Origin: Bdellovibrionales bacterium
GTDB lineage: Bacteria > Bdellovibrionota > Bdellovibrionia > Bdellovibrionales > UBA1609
Direction: 5' to 3'
Length of the DNA stretch: 64,000 bases
Assembly: GCA_965203225.1 (NCBI GenBank)
Contig: CBDBBW010000007.1
Coordinates: forward strand, 487,574 to 551,573
Below, one piece after another: positions 56,942 through 64,000 of this stretch (position 1 is its first letter; every line of letters begins with the position of its first letter). The translations under genes and the position numbers were made by a program. Under the pieces are notes generated by a model, which saw only the letters and a list, made by a program, of their open reading frames with translations, made no database searches and had not been told where the DNA came from.

Positions 56942-58414
56942 ATGATAAATAAAAACCTGCATAAACCAATAAACCCTGAGTTTTATCTGCAAAAGTTCTT
57001 TGGGTTCAATAAATTTAAAAAACCGCAAAAAGAGATCATTTCCCGGCTTTTGAAAAAAAAGCATTGTCTGGTCATCATGCCAACGGGTTGGGGAAAAAGC
57101 TTATGTTATCAAATTCCAGCGCTCCTGCGAAAAGGGGAGGGGATGGCCTTGGTAGTTTCCCCTCTTATTTCTCTTATGAAAGATCAGGTGGATCAGCTGA
57201 AACAAAAGCGCATTCCCGCGGAAGCTCTTCATTCCGCTCTCTCCAAAAAAGAAAAAGAGGGTATCCTGAGAAAAGCAAGCGAAGGCAAATATGTTTTGCT
57301 TTATGTCACGCCGGAAAGATTTAAAAAAGCGGCATTTATGAATTGCATAAAAAAACAAAAAATCTCCTTTATGGCCATTGATGAAGCTCATTGTATATCT
57401 CAGTGGGGTTATGATTTCCGCCCGGACTACTCACGATTGGGTGAGGTAAGAAAAATATTGGGAGAACCTGTGACTTTGGCTCTGACAGCTACAGCTGGTT
57501 TAGATACACAAAAAGACATTTTAAAAAGTTTGAATCTTTCCTCTAAAATCAAAGTCTTTAAACAGAGCATCCATCGCTCCAATTTGTATTTTTGTGCTCA
57601 ACATACAGTGGGTATAGACAATAAAATTTCCGTGCTGAGGGAGTTGGCACGGAAACATCAACCGGCCATTATTTATTTTTCTCTTATTGATACTCTGGAA
57701 AAAGCCGCCCGGTGCCTGCAGGAATGGAATATCCCTTTCGTCAAATACCATGGTCAGCTGTCTCAAAAAGTCAGACATCAAAATCAATCCGCTTTTTTAA
57801 ATGATTCTATTCCGATTATTATGGCTACACCTGCGTTTGGATTGGGTGTTAATAAAAAAAATGTAAGGCTGATTGTTCACTTTGAGATACCGCTCAGTCT
57901 GGAATCCTATTATCAGGAGGCAGGGCGAGCGGGAAGGGATGATAAGCCCGCTTTTTGCCATCTATTGTATGATGAGGATGATTTAAGCATTGGAATGGAA
58001 TTTATTAAATGGTCCAATCCTTCCTTGTCTTTTATTCAGCGGGTGCTTTGGATTATTCAAAACCATTCTGATCAGGTTAAAAATTTCGGATTGGATTATA
58101 TTAGAGAAAAATTGAATTTTTATAATCGCCGGGATTTTCGCGTGGAGACAGCAATAAATATGTTAAAAAACTGGAACTATCTTTCTGAAGAAAAAGAGGG
58201 CTTTCAAATACTGGAGGAACCGTCTGCCTGGCCCAGTCCGGCTTTTTTGGAAAAGAAGGAAAAGCATCAGCTTATTCAATTACAAAAAATGATGGAGTAT
58301 GTGAAAAGCTCAGTCTGTCGAAAAAGGATTATGGGTAAATATTTTGGAGAACCTGATATACCCGCCTGCCAATTTTGCGGCAACTGTTTTGTTAATGTAT
58401 CAAAGTCTGATTAA
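56942..58414 (+). CDS. recQ: RecQ-family ATP-dependent DNA helicase (short form, no HRDC)
   Basis: Motif I MPTGWGKS, motif II AIDEAHCISQWGYDFRPDY, QEAGRAGRD, and a C-terminal Zn-binding Cys cluster. Confidence 0.85.
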   Translation: MINKNLHKPINPEFYLQKFFGFNKFKKPQKEIISRLLKKKHCLVIMPTGWGKSLCYQIPALLRKGEGMALVVSPLISLMKDQVDQLKQKRIPAEALHSALSKKEKEGILRKASEGKYVLLYVTPERFKKAAFMNCIKKQKISFMAIDEAHCISQWGYDFRPDYSRLGEVRKILGEPVTLALTATAGLDTQKDILKSLNLSSKIKVFKQSIHRSNLYFCAQHTVGIDNKISVLRELARKHQPAIIYFSLIDTLEKAARCLQEWNIPFVKYHGQLSQKVRHQNQSAFLNDSIPIIMATPAFGLGVNKKNVRLIVHFEIPLSLESYYQEAGRAGRDDKPAFCHLLYDEDDLSIGMEFIKWSNPSLSFIQRVLWIIQNHSDQVKNFGLDYIREKLNFYNRRDFRVETAINMLKNWNYLSEEKEGFQILEEPSAWPSPAFLEKKEKHQLIQLQKMMEYVKSSVCRKRIMGKYFGEPDIPACQFCGNCFVNVSKSD

Positions 58415-58860
58415 TGTTCCAGTCGTTGTATGATATTTCTAATAAACCCGGGATATTTTGTTTTGTTAATATATCAAAGTCTGATTAATGTTTCAGTGGT
58501 TGTATGGTTTTCTAATAAAAACAGGATATTTTGTTTTGTTAATGTACCAAAGTCTGATTAATGTTCCAGTCGTTGTATGATATTTCTAATAAACCCGGGA
58601 TATTTTGTTTTGTTAATGTACCAAAGTCTGATTAATGTTCCAGTCATTGTATGGTTTTCTAATAAAAACAGGATATTTTGTTTTGTTAATATATCAAAGT
58701 CTGATTAATGTTCCAGTCATTGTATAGTATTTCTAATAAAATCGGGATATTTTATTTTGTTAATGTATCAAAGTCTGATTAATGCTCCAGTCATTGTATG
58801 GTTTTCTAATAAAAACAGGATGTTTTGTTAATGTATCAAAGTCTGATTAATGTTCCGGTG
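58384..58860. repeat. 73-74-bp tandem repeat, ~6.5 copies in two alternating variants, seeded by the recQ 3' end
   Basis: caaagtctgattaatg occurs at 58401, 58475, 58548, 58622, 58695, 58769 and 58837. The first copy holds the last 9 codons and stop of recQ; the last copy holds the stop of the convergent methyltransferase gene. Confidence 0.95.
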
Positions 58861-59572
58861 GGGAATATTTATAAACATAAAATCTCACACCAAAAGATAC
58901 GAAATTTTTTATCAGCTTGAACACACCATCCTTAGTGATATGTTCTGTGTTTTCTCTGCTGTTGATCTGATAAACCAACAGCGCTTCTCTGGGACTTTCT
59001 CTTAAAGAGATGTAAATGTTTTGCAGGCACTGAATTAATATACTGTCTTGAAAAGGGTGAAAAAAATAAAAGAAATTATCCTCTTGCTTTACCTGATAAG
59101 CCAGGACATCCGTATGAATTAATTCAAAACAGTTTTTCCCGGTTTTTTCCGTGTAAGATTGAATGTTTTTTTTGGCTAAGTCATATAGAGATGAACTGAA
59201 TTCCAGTCCTTTTATTTTTTGAAAGCCGCATTCAGCGGCTAAAATCATCGCTCGCCCTTTGCCGGCTCCGTAATCCACAAACACAGGAGATTCAGGAAGA
59301 GAAAGTCCTTTTATCAGTTTATAAAAAGGGGTAATGGATGTGGGGGCATAATATGTGGAGTGTGTTTTATTATCCAGGTTTGTTTCAATACAGTTTAAAT
59401 TCATTAAATTAATGGAGGTGTTTCTATGGCTTGCAAACCAGAACCACTCTCTGCATGAGTTAAAAAAATAAATTAAACTGGAATAAAATCCTCTTCTGCG
59501 GATATATAGAACAAACGATTTGAGTATTTTTTTCCCGTCGCCGGAGCCAGCGAATTTGCTTGTGACTGTCAT
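58847..59572 (-). CDS. Class I SAM-dependent methyltransferase
   Basis: Motif I VFVDYGAGKGRAMILAAECGF, followed by an acidic post-I residue (KGLEFS). The substrate cannot be inferred. Confidence 0.6.
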   Translation of the reverse strand: MTVTSKFAGSGDGKKILKSFVLYIRRRGFYSSLIYFFNSCREWFWFASHRNTSINLMNLNCIETNLDNKTHSTYYAPTSITPFYKLIKGLSLPESPVFVDYGAGKGRAMILAAECGFQKIKGLEFSSSLYDLAKKNIQSYTEKTGKNCFELIHTDVLAYQVKQEDNFFYFFHPFQDSILIQCLQNIYISLRESPREALLVYQINSRENTEHITKDGVFKLIKNFVSFGVRFYVYKYSPPEH

Positions 59573-59930
59573 CTGATTTTCACTTGTAATAACATTAATA
59601 AATTTCCTGATTATTTTCTTAAGCGGGTATGCTACAGTTTTTAAAAAACAATAGCAAGTCTGTAAGTGGTTTTTTTTTAATTATGTCTTCGTTTGAGTGA
59701 TTCGGGAACGAAATACACGCTTTTTGATCGTAGGAACAACCATAAGATGCCTTTTAACAAGGAAGCTGTTTTATCCTTTTGAAACCCCCTTAAATTATTG
59801 AAAAATTCAGAAAAACAAATTAAAATTCCTTTGGGCAAAGTAAAAACCATGCCTGAGTGGATTAAACTATCTTGTCCTTTTGAAAAAAAATCAAACTATA
59901 TGTAATATAAAAAGGTTCAGGAAAACAACA

Positions 59931-60437
59931 ATGCAGTTCTTGATAAAGAAAAAAACAGGATTTACCTTAATTGAGACTTTAGTGGCTTTGATTATTTTGG
60001 CCGGCTCCACGATTATTATTTCCAGAATATGGTCAGGTAATAAGCAAAGGGTTGGAAAAATCGGCGATCATCATAAGATCGTGCAGTTAATGGAAAGAAA
60101 AATGACGGAATTGGAATTTGACTGGCGAAAAAAAAATTTTAATTCCATACCAAAAGAGGTAAAAGGGGATTTTAAGGAAGAGAAATATTTTTCATGGAGT
60201 GTGAAAACACAAGCTTTGACTCTGCCTGATCCGCAAATCTTCCTGGCATTACTCGGGCAAGGCGAAGGCATGGCTGTACAGGTGGCGCAGATCACTACTC
60301 AATTTTTATCCCAAGCTGTAATGGAAGCGAAGCTGACAATTCATTATAAGAAAGGTCTTCTGAAAAGCGCGTACTCACTGACTACATACATTGTAGACCA
60401 CAATAAAGAAATACAAATTTCCGGTTTGCCTAATTAG
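59931..60437 (+). CDS. Type II secretion minor pseudopilin (GspI/GspH-like)
   Basis: MQFLIKKKTGFTLIETLVALIILAG has the prepilin motif G|FTLIE. It sits immediately upstream of the gspJ-K-L-like genes. The track start 59880 is less likely. Confidence 0.65.
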   Translation: MQFLIKKKTGFTLIETLVALIILAGSTIIISRIWSGNKQRVGKIGDHHKIVQLMERKMTELEFDWRKKNFNSIPKEVKGDFKEEKYFSWSVKTQALTLPDPQIFLALLGQGEGMAVQVAQITTQFLSQAVMEAKLTIHYKKGLLKSAYSLTTYIVDHNKEIQISGLPN

Positions 60438-60517
60438 CGCCCGGGAATATTAAAATGGAATCACAAAAAGAAGGAACAATGAAAAGGAAAAGCCATAGAC
60501 AGGATAGCAACAGTATT

Positions 60518-61327
60518 ATGAAACGGTTGAATGTAAAAGGAACCACTTTATTGGAAGTGCTTATTGCCCTGGTTTTGTTTACATCCATTGCCATTTCCCT
60601 TATGCGCATGACAGATACAACCCTTAAGTATAAAACAAGAATCACACGCAATGTAAAAGATGTGAAATTCAGAAGAAATATTTTTCAAATTATCAGAAAA
60701 GATATTCGTAATGCGTTTTACATAACAGATATAAATGCCTTGATATACTCTCCCTTTATAATACCAAATGAGCTTGTTGATTCTAATGAGCCTGGTTCTC
60801 CTAAGCGATATACTGCATTGCAAAAAAAATGGGAGGAATTTAAAGCAAAGGAAATCACACCTTATATATATCCCATTGTTCGTTCTTCAGGAGGGTTTAT
60901 AGGAAAGCAAGACAGCCTGTATATTACGTCTTTTTCCAATTTACCAACTCGGGAGGATGCGGAATCCAGTGATCAAAATATTGTTGTTTATTATCTTAAA
61001 AACTGTCGGAACAGAGAGAACAATAAAACGCAAAGCACCTGTTTATGGAGGAAGTTCTCTTCGTTTATAAATCAGGAAATGGAAAATCTAAAAGATTACA
61101 AGGAATTTGCTTTATTGGAAAAGGTAAAGAAGTTTCAACTGTCTTATTACAGTATATCCACCAACGAGTGGCTGAAGGAGTGGAAGATAGGGCCTGATGA
61201 CAGAAATATATTGCCTTCCGCTATTCATATCACGATTGAATTTGAGGATAAAAAAAAACAATTGGTTAAAAATGAAATTAAAATACCTATCTACCAGCAG
61301 TTTATTCTTCCCGTGCAAAGGAACTGA
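60518..61327 (+). CDS. gspJ: Type II secretion minor pseudopilin GspJ-like
   Basis: MKRLNVKGTTLLEVLIALVLFTSIAISL (prepilin-type N-terminus). Size and position fit GspJ. The upstream part of the track ORF (from 60455) is probably not translated. Confidence 0.6.
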   Translation: MKRLNVKGTTLLEVLIALVLFTSIAISLMRMTDTTLKYKTRITRNVKDVKFRRNIFQIIRKDIRNAFYITDINALIYSPFIIPNELVDSNEPGSPKRYTALQKKWEEFKAKEITPYIYPIVRSSGGFIGKQDSLYITSFSNLPTREDAESSDQNIVVYYLKNCRNRENNKTQSTCLWRKFSSFINQEMENLKDYKEFALLEKVKKFQLSYYSISTNEWLKEWKIGPDDRNILPSAIHITIEFEDKKKQLVKNEIKIPIYQQFILPVQRN

Positions 61328-61687
61328 CATGATAGTTTATTCTTACTCGTGGAAAGGAACTGACATGATGGTTTATTCTTCTAGTGCAAAAGGAGCTGAC
61401 ATGATAGTTTATTCTTCTAGTGGAAAGGAACTGACATGATAGTTTATTCTTCTAGTGGAAAGGAACTGACATGATAGTTTATTCTTCTAGTGGAAAGGAA
61501 CTGACATGATGGTTTATTCTTCTAGTGGAAAGGAACTGACATGATGGTTTATCCTTACTCGTGTAAAGGAGCTGACATGATAGTTTATTCTTCCCGTGCA
61601 AAGGAGCTGACACGATGGTTTATTCTTCCCGTGCAAAGGAGCTGACACGATGGTTTATTCTTCTAGTGGAAAGGAACTGACATGATA
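61300..61687 (+). repeat. 35/36-bp tandem repeat, 11 copies, each carrying SD-like AAAGGA, an ATG (ACG in 2 copies) and a TGA
   Basis: The ATG/ACG of the unit ..gtttattcttc(tag/ccg)tg(g/c)aaagga(a/g)ctgacATGat(a/g).. falls at 61329, 61365, 61401, 61436, 61471, 61506, 61541, 61577, 61612 (ACG), 61647 (ACG) and 61682. The first copy is the 3' end of gspJ; the last ATG is the start of the gspK ORF. Confidence 0.95.
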
Positions 61688-63103
61688 AAATGCAAAACAC
61701 TTTCATTCGTGCTGAAGAGATTATACTTTCCATTGCGTGTTTTGCTTGTTGTGCGAAATATTTTTTTTCGAGCGAAAAAAAAAGCCCCACTAGAAGGCAT
61801 CCGCCGCGTAAGCGTATATTCTTTTTCGTTGTTAAAGAGAAATCAGGAAAAGGGAATGGCTCTCATAATGGTTTTATCCACTGTGGTTTTTATTATTTTG
61901 CTGATACAGGAAACAGTTTTTGAAACACAAATAGAATACCGCTCAGCTATATCTGAGATGAATTCCCTGAGAGCTTATCATGCCGCCAAGGCGGGAATGG
62001 AGGTGAATATATTAAGAGTGAAAACCTATATAAAAATAACCAAAAGTCACACTCAGTCCATAAATCAGTTTCGCTCTTATGTTGATCTTATATGGCAGTT
62101 TCCCTTTCAATGGCCTCCGTTTGCACCTGAAGGGTTGGACAATATCCAAACCGATGAGCTTAACAAAATAAAAAAAAATTCCTTTATGCAAAATCAGTTT
62201 GTCACATCCATTAAACCTGAGACCAGCCGCATTGATATTAATGATCTGGCTTCACCTATACCTTCATTGAGGAAATGGACCTTTAATATGTTGTATAGTC
62301 TTATTTTCATCCTCAGAGTGAAGGATAAAGAACTGGAGGAGGAAGTGAGTGACCAGAATATTGTTGATATTTTAAATAATATAAAGGACTGGGTGGACAG
62401 AGACACGCAACAGGGAGAACTTGGTGTTTCGGAAGGGGATTTATACAAGCAGGAAGGTTTACCTCCCAATCGCTCTTTTATCGGCCCGGGGGAGTTAAGG
62501 CAAGTGGCTGGAATGTCGGATATGTTGTACACAGCCCTTACGCCTTTTATTACTGTGTATGGCGAAAAGGGCCTGAATGTCAATACCGCCAGTTTGGAGT
62601 TGCTACAAGCTCTTCATGAAGAATTTCCAGAGGAATTGGCACAGGAAATAGTTGAATTGACCTCCAATCCTGTTAGTCCATTTGTTTTTACGAAAAAAAC
62701 TTTTATGGCTTTTTTAGCTGAAAGAGGATTTGATAATTTAAAGCAGTATTTATTTCCTCAGCCTTCACCGCCTCCCGATCAGGAGCCAATCCCGCCTCCC
62801 GATCAGGAGCCAATCCCGATCTCTTACTTTTATTTTGATGCTCCACATAATTTTCGTCTTCAAAGCACGGGATTTGCCGGTGAAAACCGAAAAACCCTGA
62901 CCGCCACCTATTTTGACACCGCTTCCAACGCTCGGCGTTTTAATGAGTTGATGAAGCAAGAACAAAAGCGTGAAGGGGAAAGAATTAAAAAAGAGCTTAA
63001 TAGGAACAGGATCCGCGCCGGCTCACTGCCTCAATCGACCCCTCCTCCCCCTTCGAATCAAAACAATCAGCCTTTTATAATTTACTGGAAAGAAAGTTCC
63101 TGA
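61682..63103 (+). CDS. gspK: Type II secretion minor pseudopilin GspK (start uncertain: ATG 61682, TTG 61829 or ATG 61856)
   Basis: QEKGMALIMVLSTVVFIILL (GspK-type N-terminal helix) and GLNVNTASLELLQAL (GspK helix-hairpin-helix signature). Contains the internal perfect duplicate PPDQEPIPPPDQEPIP. Confidence 0.8.
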   Translation: MIKCKTLSFVLKRLYFPLRVLLVVRNIFFRAKKKAPLEGIRRVSVYSFSLLKRNQEKGMALIMVLSTVVFIILLIQETVFETQIEYRSAISEMNSLRAYHAAKAGMEVNILRVKTYIKITKSHTQSINQFRSYVDLIWQFPFQWPPFAPEGLDNIQTDELNKIKKNSFMQNQFVTSIKPETSRIDINDLASPIPSLRKWTFNMLYSLIFILRVKDKELEEEVSDQNIVDILNNIKDWVDRDTQQGELGVSEGDLYKQEGLPPNRSFIGPGELRQVAGMSDMLYTALTPFITVYGEKGLNVNTASLELLQALHEEFPEELAQEIVELTSNPVSPFVFTKKTFMAFLAERGFDNLKQYLFPQPSPPPDQEPIPPPDQEPIPISYFYFDAPHNFRLQSTGFAGENRKTLTATYFDTASNARRFNELMKQEQKREGERIKKELNRNRIRAGSLPQSTPPPPSNQNNQPFIIYWKESS

Positions 63104-63259
63104 AAAGATATACTTTTGCTGTATATTTTTTTCTCTGGAAGCTCTTCAAGCGCTTTCAGTTCAGATGAATTTTCCTTTGCTGATGATTTATAAAAACTGG
63201 AAATTTAAAACCGTAAAAGATAAGATGAAAAAGGGTATTGTTTATAGGGGAGGTTCCTT

Positions 63260-64000
63260 TTGATTTATGTAGGTGTGGATATCGGTTCCTGTGCAGTAAA
63301 AGCGGCTGCCATAAAAACAGCCAATAAAACATTTACTGTTCTTCAGACTCATATTTTCCCAATCAAACCGGATGTAGACGAAGAACAAAAACGGCTTTTG
63401 AAATTAGGCCATTTGAAAACTTTGGCTGATCTGTATAACAGCACGGAAGCGCAATACATCTTCTGCTTTTCGCAAAACGAAGTTAGTTCGGAGAAGTTAA
63501 GTTTTCCTTTTAAAGAACGGTATAAGATAATGAAAAGCCTTCCTTATCAAATGGAGGAGAAACTGTCTCTTTTCGATCATAAAAAGCTGATTTCCGATAT
63601 TAAAATGTCCCATTTCTCTGAAGGAGCAAGACAGGTTTTGGTTTTTTCCGCTTTCAGGGACAGTATCTCCAATCTGATAAAGGACCTGGATTCAGTGAAA
63701 ATAAAACCCCTTATCCTCACTTGCGAGGCTTCCGCCGTGTCCAATTTATTTGAAATAAAGAAATCGGAAAATATAAAACAGAATTCCACAGAGGATGACA
63801 AAAACACAAATTGTCAGCTGTATCTCAAGATAGGTCATACACACACAATGGCTATGCTCTTTTCCCGTAATCAGTTACAAAATGTTTACAGCTTTGGCTG
63901 GGGCGCCGCCTCCTGCATCAGAAAAATAGCTCTTAAATATGAAATTCCCTTCTCTAAGGCAATGGAGTATTTTTGTGAAAAGGCTTTTGTCCTGACACAC
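63260..64000 (+). CDS. GspL/PilM-like actin-fold assembly protein, N-terminal part (3' end outside window)
   Basis: Not in the ORF track because it is open-ended. TTG 63260 is preceded by AGGGGAGG. MIYVGVDIGSCAVKAAAIK is the PilM/GspL phosphate-1 motif (vGiDiGs..ik). I translated all 247 codons to the window edge and found no stop. Confidence 0.65.
   Translation, partial: MIYVGVDIGSCAVKAAAIKTANKTFTVLQTHIFPIKPDVDEEQKRLLKLGHLKTLADLYNSTEAQYIFCFSQNEVSSEKLSFPFKERYKIMKSLPYQMEEKLSLFDHKKLISDIKMSHFSEGARQVLVFSAFRDSISNLIKDLDSVKIKPLILTCEASAVSNLFEIKKSENIKQNSTEDDKNTNCQLYLKIGHTHTMAMLFSRNQLQNVYSFGWGAASCIRKIALKYEIPFSKAMEYFCEKAFVLTH

Noticed and set aside
58384-58860. Possible CRISPR array or coding repeats downstream of recQ
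   Set aside because: Complete 73-74-bp units repeat head-to-tail with only point differences, so there are no spacers. Stops occur in all frames after the first copy.
61197-61439. 80-aa ORF spanning the gspJ end and the first repeat copies
   Set aside because: It is an out-of-frame overlap with gspJ followed by read-through of the 36-bp copies. I interpret it as a repeat artefact; the mini-ORFs are discussed as a finding instead.
19243-63103. Long N-terminal extensions given by the ORF track (19243, 21467, 23849, 28151, 59880, 60455, 7711, possibly 61682)
   Set aside because: The upstream starts are mostly TTG or weak, and they add residues before obvious signal peptides, prepilin leaders or conserved N-termini. 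I used the downstream ATG where an SD or homology supported it.

Overview
AT-rich (about one-third G+C by eye) chromosomal segment of a diderm bacterium; I cannot place the taxon from sequence alone. About 13-44 kb and 57-64 kb are ordinary core genes: TVP38 plus a flavoprotein disulfide reductase, tRNA-Ala, cell-wall enzymes, a ZIP transporter, an alkaline-phosphatase-like gene, a LolE-like gene, tRNA-Leu, yajC-secD-secF, recG, fbaB, lysS, cutA, a CNNM transporter, fusA-dcd, a type IV pilin, recQ and T2SS gspI/H-J-K-L. There are two accessory regions. (1) 0.3-12.5 kb is a decaying defence and mobile island. It holds fragments of an integrase, vsr, a Dam-like MTase, a DnaQ-like exonuclease, DUF3800 and DUF4145. 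Three things there are still intact: an Abi/UG-type reverse transcriptase, a translationally coupled DprA-like plus ComF-like PRTase pair, and a patatin gene flanked by about 190-bp direct repeats. (2) 44.2-56.8 kb is a tyrosine-integrase island bracketed by a roughly 445-500 bp duplication of the integrase 3' end. It carries a truncated AbiEii with AbiEi, a type IIG fragment, a type I R-M system (hsdR, fused hsdM-hsdS) with a Fic gene, and an opposite-strand small-ORF plus papain-like peptidase cassette broken by a homopolymer frameshift. The whole window is unusually rich in tandem arrays. Several amplify gene termini or junctions: 78 bp, 74 bp, and a 35-bp SD-ATG-TGA unit between gspJ and gspK. 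There is also one CRISPR-like 33/33 array without cas genes, and a 27-bp perfect inverted-repeat pair enclosing 601 bp upstream of the pilin locus. All calls rest on by-eye motif recognition and manual translation; no database search was possible.
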